Shown here: piece after piece, positions 25,148-38,412 of the stretch
How positions within the stretch are numbered: the stretch's first letter is position 1
How the letters are laid out: every line of letters begins with the position of its first letter
Assembly: GCF_000143415.4 (NCBI RefSeq)
Contig: NW_003314337.1
Location: 637,234-701,233, forward strand
Origin: Selaginella moellendorffii
Lineage: Eukaryota > Plantae > Lycopodiophyta
DNA length: 64,000 nucleotides
Direction: 5' to 3'
Translations under genes and position numbers: made by a program
The notes under the pieces: model-generated
What the model saw: the letters and a program-made list of their open reading frames with translations, nothing else
Databases searched by the model: none
Told to the model about the DNA's origin: nothing

Positions 25148-26539
25148 GACTGCCCTAAACCTAATTGTGCGGTGGTGATTAAAAGGAATATGCCTCAACG
25201 TTTCTTTTCGTCACCTAATCAGTCAACTATGGTATAAAGGTTTTCAAAATAAAAATAAAAAATTTTGTGCTGGGTCAAAAAAAATTATAATTTGAAATGC
25301 TATCCATAGTGGTTTATAAAAAACAAAGTTCATTAGAACAAAAAGCAAAGTTCATCGTTGTGACTGTCGACCTGAATTGCCAGGGAGCTGGTACTCTGTA
25401 CTAAGGAGGAGGTGCTAAAAGTACTTCCTTTCCTTCAACCTTGTGGATTAAAATAATTTCCAGCTTTGTAAAAGGTTGGAAATACTGGAAGTGCACCAGA
25501 AAACATGATGCACTTCCAGTTTTTTGCAAAAACCCATATTAATAAACCCTAGACTATACATTAACTTCACAAAGATCGTTGATGGCTTCTTCTTTCATGG
25601 CGAGATTTTGAGTGCAGCGACCTGGGCATCTGGATCACAGCCTCCTTGAAGTAGCATCTTCCTGAACAGCTCCAGAGTCATTCTAGCGTCCCCACCTCAT
25701 GGCACTATGGTTACACAAGGGCCAAGCAAGCAAAAAAAAGGGTGTCAGCCAGCAGTGCCAGATGCCACAGCCAAACTGCCATGGCCTAGTGCTCCTTGGT
25801 TGTCCTATCCTCACCATAGAAATGCTCCTAATTCACTGATCCCTGTTCAGCCCCCAATCCTAAATGCTCTCATGAATTATTATTTTGTAAACTATGCTTG
25901 TCTGCTAACACTTAAGTGAGATCCATATAAGCTGTTCATATTTTAATGCTAGAGTAAAGAAAATACCAAGTCTTGGATTTTATAGCAAATTATTAATAAT
26001 TAAAGATCAATAAATTTTGAGATAAATTGAACTCGTAGTTAATAATTACTGATGATTTGTATAAATAAACTGTAATAATTCAAAACCATAACTAAATAAA
26101 ATAAATTATTAATACAATATAATCTGAATAACACTTTTTATAGAAAATAATACTTTAAAACATATTTTTCAGCTAATTATATATAAAACCATTGAAACAA
26201 ATTGTAAAAATAGTATTTACTAAATAATATTCTATTTAATATTATTTTAGGGATGATACTGAGAGTGTCTTGGAAGACATGGTAAACTATCATCTAATAA
26301 ATATTGAGGGAGTAGACTCAATATCTTGAGGGATCCCAACATTAGCGAATGCAAGCCAACAACATAAGTCTTATGTTAAGAGTCATTTTATATATGATGA
26401 ACACAAGAGTGATATAAAATGGGTGTATGGACTTAGGGCATGTTATCATTTTGGATCTTCTCCTCTTCTTGGTTTCTCTTCCTTCTGTCCTTTTCTTTCT
26501 TCTCTATGTGTAGCATATGTGATCATTGTAGTGCATGTG

Positions 26540-26945
26540 GTTTTTACCTTGTATTTTATGGTGATTTACCATAGAATAACCACAAAGCGGTACCTAAACT
26601 ATCCATGTGCCATGTGCTGCATCCCACGTGTCCAGGGACAATAAAGTGGAACCTGAGTTTTAGGGCCTTGAACCACTGAATGAAGGAATGAAGCCAAACT
26701 CCCAAGCATGGACCCAAGGAGCAATAGAATAAGAGCATAGAGCAACTCTCGACCATACAACCCAAGAAGCATAAGGACAAGAGCATGGAATGATTTGAAA
26801 CAGTCCTAGAGTATCCAACATCCTAATGCGAAGATTAACACACAAAATAGAGCCAAATGAAGTTTGGCACTATTTCAACATACTAGTGGCCTAATGCAGG
26901 AACTTGGGCTTAGACCCAAGTTGAACATAGAACAAAGACAAGCAC
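26540..26945. repeat. LTR fragment of the 18294-19213 / 59693-60680 family
   Basis: Matches ~59720-60150 (e.g. GCCAAACTCCCAAGC; GTGGAACC..AGTTT). Confidence 0.75.
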
Positions 26946-28559
26946 GCAAGAGAAGGCCATACAGCCAAGAAATGCTGATACAGGAATACAATGGAAGTTT
27001 CAAGAATCGAGAATGCTCCTCAACAAGAGCCCAATCCTCAATATCAAGGCAACTGGAATCAAAACGCGCGACCACCACGAAATCAACCTCCAAGATATAA
27101 CAATTATTATCAACGTGATGGTAATTTGTATAATCAAAGACAAAACTATTACCAGCAAGACAATAGCAACTACAATAGAATACCCCCTTAAGATCAAAGA
27201 CCAAACAACTATACTGGAAATTATGGAAGAAACTACAATACATATCAGCAACGTGATGGACGTCAGGACAATTATCAACGTCCTCCCCCACGGAATTACA
27301 ATTATGATCAAGAACCATATTGGAATTATAATCAAAGACCACCCCAGGCTCAAGGTTACAATTACAACCAGCAACCTACACCGCAGCAAGATAATCGTCC
27401 TCGACAACCTTACCAAAATGTAAATCGCGAAAATAACCAAGGAGTAAACAATCAGGCTCCGAGGCCAAGACCACCAGCAGCACGGAATGTTGAGGTGGAA
27501 ATTGATGAACCACAAACTTTTGAAGAACCAGCAATACGAACTATCACGAGACAACAATACAAGTCTCAGCAACCAGATAATTTGGAAGAACAAGATTACA
27601 ATGATGAAATTGAAATTATCCCAGAAACCGAATGGAAGAAAAGCAAGAAGATACTACAAGCAATTCAGGCTGAATTGCAGGAACAAGAACGACAGGTCAT
27701 TGAAGACCATGACAAACCATCCAACGATCATCAAACAACAAGTTTCTCTGAAGAAGAGCACACCTCACTTGCAGAACAAATACTGCAACACGGAATCACA
27801 TTAACCTTACAACAATACTTCAAATAGCACCATATCTTAAGAGCCAAATACTAAAGATTTGTTGTCCACAAATTCCTGATGCTCGCACTCAAGAAAAGCA
27901 ATTTCCATCTAAAACTGAGAAAGAGGATAACATAAAAATCCAACCTGGAGATTACGATGATAATGTACCTTGTATTGACCTCAACATAGGCAAGAATCAA
28001 ATCAATGGAGCAATACTCGATGGAGGCTCAGGCGTGAATATCATCGAGCATGGTATATGTAAAGCAATGGGACTTGGACCTATACAACCTGCTCCCTTCA
28101 ATGTCCACATGGCAGACCAACATGTTGTAAGACCAGCTGGCATAATAAGAGATATCACCATTGGAATCAAAGGACACAAGTTCAAGATCAACTTCGTGGT
28201 ATTAAAAATGCCAATTGAAGAATCCTCTTATGAACTCTTGCTTGGAAGACCATGGCTAAACAAAGCAGTTTATGCTCAATATTGGATGGACCATGAAATT
28301 TGTATACAATCAGACAAAGGACAAACGAAAATAGCTACAACTACAACCAGGAAAATTCCGAAAAGATTTCAACCAATTCAAGCCCAAGAATACAATTGGC
28401 AAGAAGGCTTGGACGACCTTGAAGAAGCCAAACTCCTTGAAGCTTACCCAGAGCTACGAGCTTTTCAAGAAATCGATTTACATCATGTACTACCAGTACT
28501 GGCTCCAGACCAGCACCACGACTTAAACTCAATGGACCAACCACTCTACTCTACAAAGC

Positions 28560-29600
28560 TGCATGTGGATGCTTTTGACAGGTTTTGGAGGTGTGTTGAT
28601 GCAAGAAAGCTCGAGTGTGCCTAGTCAGCACCATCCCATTGCGTATATAAACCATATATTACAACTAGCTGAAATGAATTACTCCACGACAGTGGAGTGT
28701 TTAGCAGCAGTTTCAAGTTTCGAGAAACTTCATGCATATCTACATGGTTCTTGGACGTTACTTGAAGGTGATCATGCTGCTGTTACTTCATTATTGAAGC
28801 GGAAGAACCTAGTTGGTCGTACTACTCAATGGGCTTTGAAACTTCAAAAATATGATTTTGATGTTGTTCATCGCCTAGGGAGTTCTTTGGCTGATGCTAA
28901 TGCCCTTTCTCGAGCTCCCCTTCCTTCTCCATTCTCTTCTCATGTTTCTGACGAGCTTGTTGTTCCAGCCTCTGTGGATTTTCTAGACAAGGATTCTGTG
29001 CCGTCGGCGGTTGCTATACTTGACGTTCAGTGTCCACAAGGCGTAGAGCAAGATTTACCTTCTCTTAATGAAGTTCGCAAGGTTCAAAAGATTGAGCCAT
29101 AGATTCGAAAGCTTTGAGATGCATCACTTGCTGATGACTTGCCTTTTCGGCATTTACATTCTCAATATCGCCTTGAAGACGGCCTTTTTTATTTTGTGGG
29201 GATGGATCTTAATGATCATTTATGGCTAGTGGTGCCTTTTTATCTTTATTCCGTGGTTTCTCTATGCTTACCACGATTCTCCTGTTCTAAGTGGGCATAT
29301 GGGACATTGTCGTGTAACCGAGAAGCTGCGCAGGTCTTTCTATTGGCCGGAGATGCGATGTGATATTATCCGGTATGTGTGTAGCTGCATTTAGTGCCAA
29401 GCTCATAATACTCCCCCTCGGGCTGTAGAAGGATAGTTAGAGTCAATTACAGTTTCCCGTCTATTTGAGTTGGTGGCGTTTGATCTTATAAGACCTTTTC
29501 CACGGTCGACTACTGGCAATGAGTATGTTATTATTGCTTCTAACTACTTGACTCGTTAGGTGGAAGTTGGTGCTCTTGCTAGCGCCTCTGCAACTATAGA
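28560..29600 (+). mobile_element. Foreign RNase H-integrase segment from the 6.4-9 kb Gypsy family, spliced between protease and RT
   Basis: Close match to the reverse complement of ~7365-8385 (GVLMQESSSV...HPIA; LHGSW.LLEGDHA; DVQCPQG.EQDLPSL). Confidence 0.85.
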
Positions 29601-30138
29601 ATCCCTCCCTTACCTCATCACCACACGGCTCCGCGACGATGCGACGATCTTCCTCCCCGAGCTCCTCGCCGGGGCCAATGCCAGCCCCTGCCGCGCCAAT
29701 CCATTGCATTGCGGCAATGCTGCCACATTCAAGGAGCTCAAGCTCATCATACACGCTCAAAATCAACAAAGATTAAAGATAAAACAACAAAACGAGAAGC
29801 CAACTCTCAAGCCTGAACAATTACAATCTAAAGAATACAACATTCAGATTGATGATAATCCAGCCCTACAATCTGGAAATGACGACTTTACACCCCGAAT
29901 TAACCTCAATGAAGAAACTGAAGAACTCAATCTCGGACTTCAAGAAGATCCACACAACATAATCATTGCTGCAAATCTTGACAAAAACTTCAAAATCAAA
30001 GCTCAACAATTACTCATAACCTACAAGGACGTTTTCGCATGGTCATACAAAGATCTCAAGGGAATACCACCGGAACTATGTACACATCGTATAGAGTTGC
30101 TACCAGGAACTCGACCAATTAAGTAAACAGCTTATCGC

Positions 30139-31728
30139 ATGAACCCAAACTTCGCTGATAAAGTCAAAACAGAACTCAATAAACTACAAGATGCTGGATT
30201 CATTTACCCCATCAAGAATGCACAATGGTTGTCACCATTGGTTATCGTACCGAAAAAGAACGGCAAATTGCGAATTTGTGTCAATTACAAAAAGTTGAAC
30301 AATGTGACGGAAAAAGACTCTTTTCCTATACCATTCTTAGATGAGATACTCGACGCAGTTGCAAGACATGAGATGTACTCATTCCTCGACGGATTTTCGG
30401 GATATAATCAAGTTCACATCGCACCAGAAGATCAATATAAGACTGCCTTCATCAGTCCATGGGGCGCATATGCATACTCCAGAATGCCATTCGGATTAAC
30501 GAATGCACCACTTACTTTTCAAAGGATAATTACCGACACATTTCAGGAATACTTGACTGATTTTATGCGCGTCTTCATGGATGACTTCAGCGTTTTTGGA
30601 GCAAAAGAAAAACACCTTGAACACTTAGAAAAGTGTTTCATTAAATGTCGCCAAAACCAAGTTGCACTTAATCCAGAAAAGTGTATTTTCTTTGTCAAAT
30701 CAGGAATACTTCTTGGCCATGTCGTTTGTAAAGACGGAATTCTCATTGACAAAGCAAAAACAGAGGTCATCGTCAAAATGACTTCACCCATGGATATAAC
30801 GAGTTTGCGAAGATTTCTTGGAAAAATGGGTTACCATAGACGTTTTATTCAAGACTATGCCAAGATTGCTACACCGCTCACGGAGCTCCTTAAGAAATCT
30901 CACGTTTACACATGGACACAAGATTGCCAACTGGCCTTTGACACACTTAAGGATAAGCTTACAAAAGCCCCCATACTGGTTCAACCAGACTGGACACAGG
31001 AATTCATTGTACAAGTAGATGCATCTGATTATGCACTTGGAGCTATACTTTGCCAGAGAAAAACTGATAATAGAGACCATCCCATATACTACGCAAGCCG
31101 CAGACTCTCCCCACTAGAGATGAACTATACAACCACGGAAAAAGAGGCCTTAGGAATGGTCTATGCACTCACCAAATTTCGACATTACCTCCTTTCAAAC
31201 AAAGTCAAGATCATGGTTGGTCACCAAGCGCTCTTACACTTACTCAACAAGACAATACTCACTGGAAGAATCGCGAGATGGTTTCTTCTACTTCAAGAAT
31301 TCAACTTTGAGATTATTCACAAGCCAGGCAAACACCATACACAGGCTGATCATCTTAGTCGACTTACCACAGGGGAACAAGTCACAAAAATTAACGATGA
31401 CTTACCTGATTCACACCTTTTTAAGGTCATAACTCAAGGCATGCTCCAGGATACTTACAAATTCTTGACGACAACCAAGATTCCAAATCACTACTTCACA
31501 AATGATCAAAGAAAACAATTCGTCTTGAGGACACGACACTATTCAGTCATGGGAGGCAAACTATATAAGCTTGGACATGACAACATCTTGAGAAGATGCA
31601 TAGAATCACAAGAAGAGATTAAGGATCTACTCGATGAAGCTCATGCAGGACGATCAGGAGGTCATTTTGCCGAAGAAATTACGGCCAGGAAAGTGTTACA
31701 AGCTGGATTATGGTTGCCGACACTCTAG
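30139..31728 (+). CDS. pol: Reverse transcriptase-RNase H portion of Gypsy pol
   Basis: 529-aa ORF with canonical RT and RNase H motifs, bounded by premature stops. Confidence 0.9.
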   Translation: MNPNFADKVKTELNKLQDAGFIYPIKNAQWLSPLVIVPKKNGKLRICVNYKKLNNVTEKDSFPIPFLDEILDAVARHEMYSFLDGFSGYNQVHIAPEDQYKTAFISPWGAYAYSRMPFGLTNAPLTFQRIITDTFQEYLTDFMRVFMDDFSVFGAKEKHLEHLEKCFIKCRQNQVALNPEKCIFFVKSGILLGHVVCKDGILIDKAKTEVIVKMTSPMDITSLRRFLGKMGYHRRFIQDYAKIATPLTELLKKSHVYTWTQDCQLAFDTLKDKLTKAPILVQPDWTQEFIVQVDASDYALGAILCQRKTDNRDHPIYYASRRLSPLEMNYTTTEKEALGMVYALTKFRHYLLSNKVKIMVGHQALLHLLNKTILTGRIARWFLLLQEFNFEIIHKPGKHHTQADHLSRLTTGEQVTKINDDLPDSHLFKVITQGMLQDTYKFLTTTKIPNHYFTNDQRKQFVLRTRHYSVMGGKLYKLGHDNILRRCIESQEEIKDLLDEAHAGRSGGHFAEEITARKVLQAGLWLPTL

Positions 31729-31824
31729 AAAGATGCCACTCAGCATTGTCAAGAATGTGACATATGTCAAAGAACAAAGTTTCCACCGAGGAAACAAACT
31801 CAAGAACTCAATCCGACAACAGCA

Positions 31825-34149
31825 TTGGAACCCTTCCAGCGTTGGGGACTTGATTTTGTTGGACCTATAGCAAAAAGTAGCAAAGGAAATCAATACATTT
31901 TGGTCGCTACCGACTATATGACAAAATGGGCAGAAGCTCTCCCACTAAAGAAAGCCACAGCGAAAAATACAGCCAAGTTTCTCTATGAAACAATTATAAC
32001 ACGATATGGATTACCACGAGAAATTGTTACAGATCGAGGAACACAATTTCTGAATGAGACCATCGACATTCTCGTTAAAGAATTTATCATCAACCATAAG
32101 AAGTCAACACCATATTACCCCCAGGGTAATGGACAAGCAGAATCAACAAACAAAACGCTTAAAAACATACTCAAGAAAATTGTCAAGACAAACCTTAAGG
32201 ATTGGGATGAAAGGATTTACGATGCTCTTTGGGCTTACAGAACAGCCTACAAAGTTTCAACAAATTCTACACCTTTTAAGCTTGCTTATGGCCTTGAAGC
32301 ATTAACACCACTAGTACCATCCTTGAGAATGGCCATTGAACTTGAAATTAATCAAGAAGAATCGATCAAGAAAAGACTCGCGATGCTTGAGAAACTCGAT
32401 GAAGAAAGACTAAGTGCAATATGGACAATCGAAGCAATACAAGCTAGAAGAAAAGCTTATCATGATCGCAAACAAGTCAAGAAAAACAAAGCGCATTACA
32501 AAGTAGGAGATCTTGTATTATGGTATCGTTGCAATGTGGATAAACTTGGAGGAAAACTCGTTCATCAATGGGAAGGACCATTCAAGATTACGAGTATGCA
32601 AATCCCAGGAACAGCAAAACTTGCAACTTTAGATGATGAAAAATTGCAAGTAGTTAACTTGAACAAATTGAAGATTTACAAGCAACCACAAGTGCTTCAC
32701 ACTATGGTGGAAAGCCAGAAATTTCAAGAGAAAACGCTCAAACAAATCAACGAAAACACATTCAAATGCATGCAAACACTTAGAGAAAATTTGCCTCAAC
32801 AAGACTGGGACCTAACCCTAATCTTGGCGGCTGTGAGAGGAAAAGAGTTCCGGGATCAGGAAAAAGGGAGCCCACTAGGGGCAAACAGTGATCAAGACTG
32901 TAGTGATTCTTGGTCTGGTGAAAGCGCAGCTTCAATGAGGACTAGAGTTGGGTCAAGGGCTTCATGCCGTCCACGGGAAGAGGAAGAACCGATAGAACTC
33001 TCCGACGAGGAGAACAAGGTATGCACGGTTTTCCAAGTGGGCAATCCGGTATGGTCTCGCGATGAGACTCTTGATGCATGGCTGCGAAAGCATCAACTCT
33101 ATGGCTTTTTGGTCCTAATGACAGCTACGACAAGCACCGACCAGCAGGGAATCGAGAGGAAGATTATTGATTTTGCGCGCGGAAAAATCACGATTGAAGA
33201 AGAAGACTTCGCCAAAGCTCTTCAGCTACCAAACAGGGGAAAACGAGTGACAGCTCCGCGAGACAGAGCCATTGATCCGGAGATCATGAAGCATGCAGCA
33301 AATTACAAGACAGCAGTGTCTTTGCAGCTCTCCAACGTGAAGGAAAAATTCCGAGGGATTTTTAAGTTCCTTCTCGCGACATTGGAATTCCGACGCACGG
33401 CGACATCAGTGAGCAAGAATGTTGCCTTCATCTACGAGGACCTGAACAATGGTGTTCAGGTCGATTTGGGAGCATACGTTTACACCAAGTTCCATAGGGA
33501 ACTCTCACAGGTTTACAATGCGCTGGAGAGTAAGAAGAAAATTACAACAACGTTGTTCCCGTATATTGAGGCTTTGTCAGTCAACAATGACAGAGCATTG
33601 GTGATCGTCCCTCACGCCCAGGTGAGGGCAGTGAAGGAGAAGCATGACCATAGCGACGGGAGTGAGGCACAGGAAAAAGAGGATGAGGAGCAAGACGAAC
33701 AAGAAGAGGCGCAGGAAAATCAAGTAGAAGATGTGGACGACCAGGAGGAGGCACAGGAAAAGCGAGTGGAAGTTCAGGACGAACAAGGAGAATTCCAGAA
33801 GGAAACTCCAAAGGAACAGGGACTTGTGGAGCATGAGAACACGCAGGAGGAACCACCCCATGTCAAAGAAAACCCAGAGGATCACACGCAGGAAATTCCA
33901 CCGCCAGAGATACACACTCAAGACAAAAGCACTCAAATTGACAAAGCTGATCCGAAGCAGCCCCCGGAAGCTCAAGTTTGCAGTCTTGAGTCAGCAACAC
34001 AGGACTGTAACCTTGAGCCCGAAACAGTTGTGATAACCACCACGGCCAAGGACAACGACAAGGGTTTCGACAAAGCAAGTCACGGGCTCTCACCAATCGA
34101 CGAAGCTGACGAGATGGACACCCGTGGACAGCAGGATGGAGCAGAGTGA
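31825..34149 (+). CDS. Integrase core in frame with an extra plant-retroelement ORF (plant mobile domain/Transposase_32-like) and an acidic tail
   Basis: WGLDFVGP, VTDRGTQF, PQGNGQAE and GPF motifs, then ITIEEEDFAKALQLPNRG and GVQVDLGAYVY..F.REL. Confidence 0.75.
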   Translation: MEPFQRWGLDFVGPIAKSSKGNQYILVATDYMTKWAEALPLKKATAKNTAKFLYETIITRYGLPREIVTDRGTQFLNETIDILVKEFIINHKKSTPYYPQGNGQAESTNKTLKNILKKIVKTNLKDWDERIYDALWAYRTAYKVSTNSTPFKLAYGLEALTPLVPSLRMAIELEINQEESIKKRLAMLEKLDEERLSAIWTIEAIQARRKAYHDRKQVKKNKAHYKVGDLVLWYRCNVDKLGGKLVHQWEGPFKITSMQIPGTAKLATLDDEKLQVVNLNKLKIYKQPQVLHTMVESQKFQEKTLKQINENTFKCMQTLRENLPQQDWDLTLILAAVRGKEFRDQEKGSPLGANSDQDCSDSWSGESAASMRTRVGSRASCRPREEEEPIELSDEENKVCTVFQVGNPVWSRDETLDAWLRKHQLYGFLVLMTATTSTDQQGIERKIIDFARGKITIEEEDFAKALQLPNRGKRVTAPRDRAIDPEIMKHAANYKTAVSLQLSNVKEKFRGIFKFLLATLEFRRTATSVSKNVAFIYEDLNNGVQVDLGAYVYTKFHRELSQVYNALESKKKITTTLFPYIEALSVNNDRALVIVPHAQVRAVKEKHDHSDGSEAQEKEDEEQDEQEEAQENQVEDVDDQEEAQEKRVEVQDEQGEFQKETPKEQGLVEHENTQEEPPHVKENPEDHTQEIPPPEIHTQDKSTQIDKADPKQPPEAQVCSLESATQDCNLEPETVVITTTAKDNDKGFDKASHGLSPIDEADEMDTRGQQDGAE

Positions 34150-35066
34150 CACCTCCACAACCGCCCTCCACGCCGCTACACACCGGAGAAACGAGGCTGC
34201 GAGGAGCAGGATCGCAGCAGTCATGGCAACAAGCTCCCCCACAACTTCCTGCAGCAGTATCATGACTCAAAGCTTGCCGTGTACACTCGCAAAGGCATCG
34301 AAAGCTTCTACGAGAAGATGTTCATCAAGCCGACGGAGCAGCGCCTTTCCAAGCTTGAGGATGGATTTAAGCAGCTGAACACCGCCATCAAGAGCATCCG
34401 CAGTCATGGAATCCCGACTCTGAAATCCTGTAAGGAATCTTTTGATCTTGCGCAGCAGTACGAGCAGGAAAATGCAAGGCTCAACAAGGAGCTGCTCGCA
34501 GCAAAAGAAAGAATTCGCGCACTTGAGGAAGCAGCTCAGACTTATGACGAGGAGGAAGAGGAGGAGGAACCGCATGAGGGAACGGCTACCCACGATGCAG
34601 CGATGGAGCAGTGACTGCAGGACGCAGCACAAGGCAGTCGTGGGAGAGTGGAAAAGGGAACAAAAGACAAGCTCGAGGATTCAAGCTTAGGAAAGTAAAC
34701 TTGAGAGGTTCAAGGTTAGGACTGTATTCCTAACCTTGACGTGAGCAGTAGCGACTATAAAAGTAGGACTTAGAATGTTTTTAGACTTATCCCTAATACA
34801 AAATACATTGCAATACATCGTCTTTCTGCCTATCTCTTCGGCTCTTCACAGCAATGTCTTACTTACCCACCGCCTTCAAGGGATCAAAGGCGTGGGACTA
34901 GCACCTTCAAGCACTAGTTCATAGTCTCTACTTGGCTTGGCACAAGCAGGTAAGTGCACTCTTCTTGTAGTGTAGTTTTAGTTTTAGGGACTAGATTAGA
35001 TTTGAAACTCCTAGGAAGATCTCGTGTGGACGTTTCCTCCCAGTCCAGAGATTCCAGGAGTTTTCA

Positions 35067-35971
35067 GGATCTCTCTTGAAGAGTTCAATGCCGTCCACTG
35101 GCAGCCACACTGTGTCCCATTCTCTCATCTTGTACCTCATCACTGGAGCACCGTCACACATGCTGAAATGAAACTGAAGAGGCTTGGAGTGGCCAATCAG
35201 CGTTTTGGATCCATCCCTGATGTAGCCTCTTACAAACCCCTTAAAGTCTGGAACCTCTGTCACAAGTGCAGCTTCAACAGTGCCTTTGATGCGATTTTGG
35301 AATTCATCGTAGAGTTGTGGGAGGGTGAGGACATTGGATCGCCGGAGGGACTCTGCCAGGTGACTGAACATGGCATCGACGTCTTCATGAGTGTGCCCAA
35401 CTATGAGAAAGCCAAGTGTAACCGTTTCAAATATGCCTTTGGCAACAAGCATCGCCAAGTACGCGAAGACGTACATGTTTTTGTTCTCATTGCCAGCATT
35501 GTCTGTTTGGAGCAGAAGATGGGGTGGAAGGCCACATCGGCCGCAAGAACTTCCTTGTTGACTTTCTCCTAACACAGGAGGATTGCTTGACTATGGTCCA
35601 TGTGAGGGGTAGCAAGCCCATCTTCGTCAAGCCAGATGCTGTAGTGATGAACCGAACTGCTAGGTCAAGTGAAATCCTCATCATCGATGACTCGCCGATT
35701 AAAACTGCAGCGAACACGCACACATATGCAGTGCACCCCATCTCTTGCAGTATGGAAACTAGGGAGAAGAAACCGTATGTTCTGGGGGACCTTGCAAAAC
35801 GGCTTGGAGCGATGGTGATAGAGAACTGGCCAGTCCAGGAGGTGGCTGCAGAAATCAACCAAATGGGAGATGGAACGGTATATCAAAAGCCATTTGATTG
35901 GACAGACACTAGTCATCATTTATGGCATGTATATTGTCTAGCCAAGCACTATCCGCATCTCCATAATCTGC
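35067..35971 (-). mobile_element. Inverted, internally deleted copy of the 43993-52322 DNA transposon
   Basis: 35067-35555 is the reverse complement of ~49509-49999; 35556-35971 is the reverse complement of ~44588-45001. About 4.5 kb is missing at the junction. Runs into an N gap. Confidence 0.9.
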
Positions 35972-36808
35972 NNNNNNNNNNNNNNNNNNNNNNNNNNNNN
36001 NNNNNNNNNNNNNNNNNNNNNNNNNNNNNNNNNNNNNNNNNNNNNNNNNNNNNNNNNNNNNNNNNNNNNNNNNNNNNNNNNNNNNNNNNNNNNNNNNNNN
36101 NNNNNNNNNNNNNNNNNNNNNNNNNNNNNNNNNNNNNNNNNNNNNNNNNNNNNNNNNNNNNNNNNNNNNNNNNNNNNNNNNNNNNNNNNNNNNNNNNNNN
36201 NNNNNNNNNNNNNNNNNNNNNNNNNNNNNNNNNNNNNNNNNNNNNNNNNNNNNNNNNNNNNNNNNNNNNNNNNNNNNNNNNNNNNNNNNNNNNNNNNNNN
36301 NNNNNNNNNNNNNNNNNNNNNNNNNNNNNNNNNNNNNNNNNNNNNNNNNNNNNNNNNNNNNNNNNNNNNNNNNNNNNNNNNNNNNNNNNNNNNNNNNNNN
36401 NNNNNNNNNNNNNNNNNNNNNNNNNNNNNNNNNNNNNNNNNNNNNNNNNNNNNNNNNNNNNNNNNNNNNNNNNNNNNNNNNNNNNNNNNNNNNNNNNNNN
36501 NNNNNNNNNNNNNNNNNNNNNNNNNNNNNNNNNNNNNNNNNNNNNNNNNNNNNNNNNNNNNNNNNNNNNNNNNNNNNNNNNNNNNNNNNNNNNNNNNNNN
36601 NNNNNNNNNNNNNNNNNNNNNNNNNNNNNNNNNNNNNNNNNNNNNNNNNNNNNNNNNNNNNNNNNNNNNNNNNNNNNNNNNNNNNNNNNNNNNNNNNNNN
36701 NNNNNNNNNNNNNNNNNNNNNNNNNNNNNNNNNNNNNNNNNNNNNNNNNNNNNNNNNNNNNNNNNNNNNNNNNNNNNNNNNNNNNNNNNNNNNNNNNNNN
36801 NNNNNNNN
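35972..36808. other. Assembly gap (further gaps at 37581-37886 and 38413-38512)
   Basis: N runs. Confidence 1.
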
Positions 36809-38412
36809 ACACTTGGCAGTGCGCCCAAGCCAGCCCTTCTGGCCAAGGGTCCATAGCAACTAAGACTGGGTGTCCCCATCTCATTCACCACGTCCTTGGT
36901 GCCACTGGCACCAAAGTGTTCAAGTTAGATATGCTAAGCCACACTAAGCAATCTAACCGTGCATCACGACTCCGAGGCATCCCTCGCTTGGCGTGTGCCC
37001 AAGCCAGTCTCCACACTGAGAGTCCATGACCACCGAAAAATGAGTGTCCTCATATTCCAAACCATCACCACGCCCTAGTGAGTTGGGACTCGAACCCAAG
37101 CACTAGAGGGTCGGGACTCGAACCCAACCTCCGTATATGCATCTACGGACGACATCACCCAGGATGCCTAGCGTGACACTCCACGCCGGTACACCAACTT
37201 ATACTCAAAGCGCGCTATAGATCACAGCTTAGGAACCTAGTTCCTCCCCACTGCCAAGTCCTCTCACTTGACAAGCCTGTGATCATACATGGACTCCTCC
37301 ATGCTTGGCCCCATGGCCCACCCTTTTTGAAGTTATCACCTTCAACTAGGGTATTTGTTCCCCTGACTTGCCAATCTCGCTTTGGCAAGTCCTCCGACCA
37401 CTGTAACATGGTTCCTGCACAAGCGTGAAAGCCCTTGGTCATCGACTTTCGTTCAAAGCCCTCTCTTTGAACACTCGGGAACTACTTCCCTAACCTTGAT
37501 AGCCTTGCCTCATGGCAAGCTTCAAGACCACGCTTCTGCTGCGCCACTCTGATTTCGCGTGTTCCTTGAACCATTTACGCNNNNNNNNNNNNNNNNNNNN
37601 NNNNNNNNNNNNNNNNNNNNNNNNNNNNNNNNNNNNNNNNNNNNNNNNNNNNNNNNNNNNNNNNNNNNNNNNNNNNNNNNNNNNNNNNNNNNNNNNNNNN
37701 NNNNNNNNNNNNNNNNNNNNNNNNNNNNNNNNNNNNNNNNNNNNNNNNNNNNNNNNNNNNNNNNNNNNNNNNNNNNNNNNNNNNNNNNNNNNNNNNNNNN
37801 NNNNNNNNNNNNNNNNNNNNNNNNNNNNNNNNNNNNNNNNNNNNNNNNNNNNNNNNNNNNNNNNNNNNNNNNNNNNNNNNNNNNNNCCTCCAGACCAGGA
37901 GGATAGCTTTGCACTTTCTATCATGCCTTAGCAAGTATTCTTAGGGATGAACCTACCCGATAGCCTAGGGAGTGGTTCCTCAATCCAGGTATGCTCACCC
38001 TATAATCCCACACCCCAGGATTACATTGTTGCTTACGGGCCTTTGCATGCCCATTGCTAGCCTTGCCAAAATTCCATTTTTGGCTTTGTCCAATTCGAGT
38101 AGACAGTCTTCTCCTGTCTCCGCCACCTTGGACATTTAGATAGCACCTACTATCCATCATTCGCTAGGGACTTAGTCCCTTGGGCCTTATCTACTGCCCT
38201 CGCGACATCAAACACCTCCTCCTGGTGTTCTAGAGTGTTTGGGTGTCCCAATGACGGCTTCCTTGACAATAAGTATTTTCTTTTATGACATTGACTTACT
38301 ATATCGCAACATAAGCAACTTATCCCCCGTAAGGGTATATCCACTTCCCTATGCCATTAAGAAGGCTTGGGTAGCTACCTTCTACCCGTTTAACAAATTA
38401 TTTTGCACGTCT
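36809..38412 (-). mobile_element. Gypsy internal remnants (integrase C-terminus/3' region and protease-adjacent sequence) between gaps
   Basis: Minus-strand integrase-tail-like text (FHACAG...LQW..L....W). 38180-38410 is homologous to 39225-39450. Confidence 0.5.

Larger units (their letters stand above)
26957..34614 (+). mobile_element. Ty3/Gypsy internal region (gag-PR-RT-RH-INT plus extra 3' ORF), inactivated
   Basis: Q/N/Y-rich gag tail, protease ILDGGSGVN (~28013), RT (PF; GYNQ; MPFGL; FMDDF), RNase H (VDASD; EKEAL), HHCC zinc motif and DDE integrase. Premature stops at 27827, 30126, 31728. Confidence 0.92.

Noticed and set aside
37083-37130. Two GGGACTCGAACCC motifs (reverse B-box-like)
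   Set aside because: No cloverleaf or A-box is visible; they lie in retroelement sequence, so no tRNA was called.
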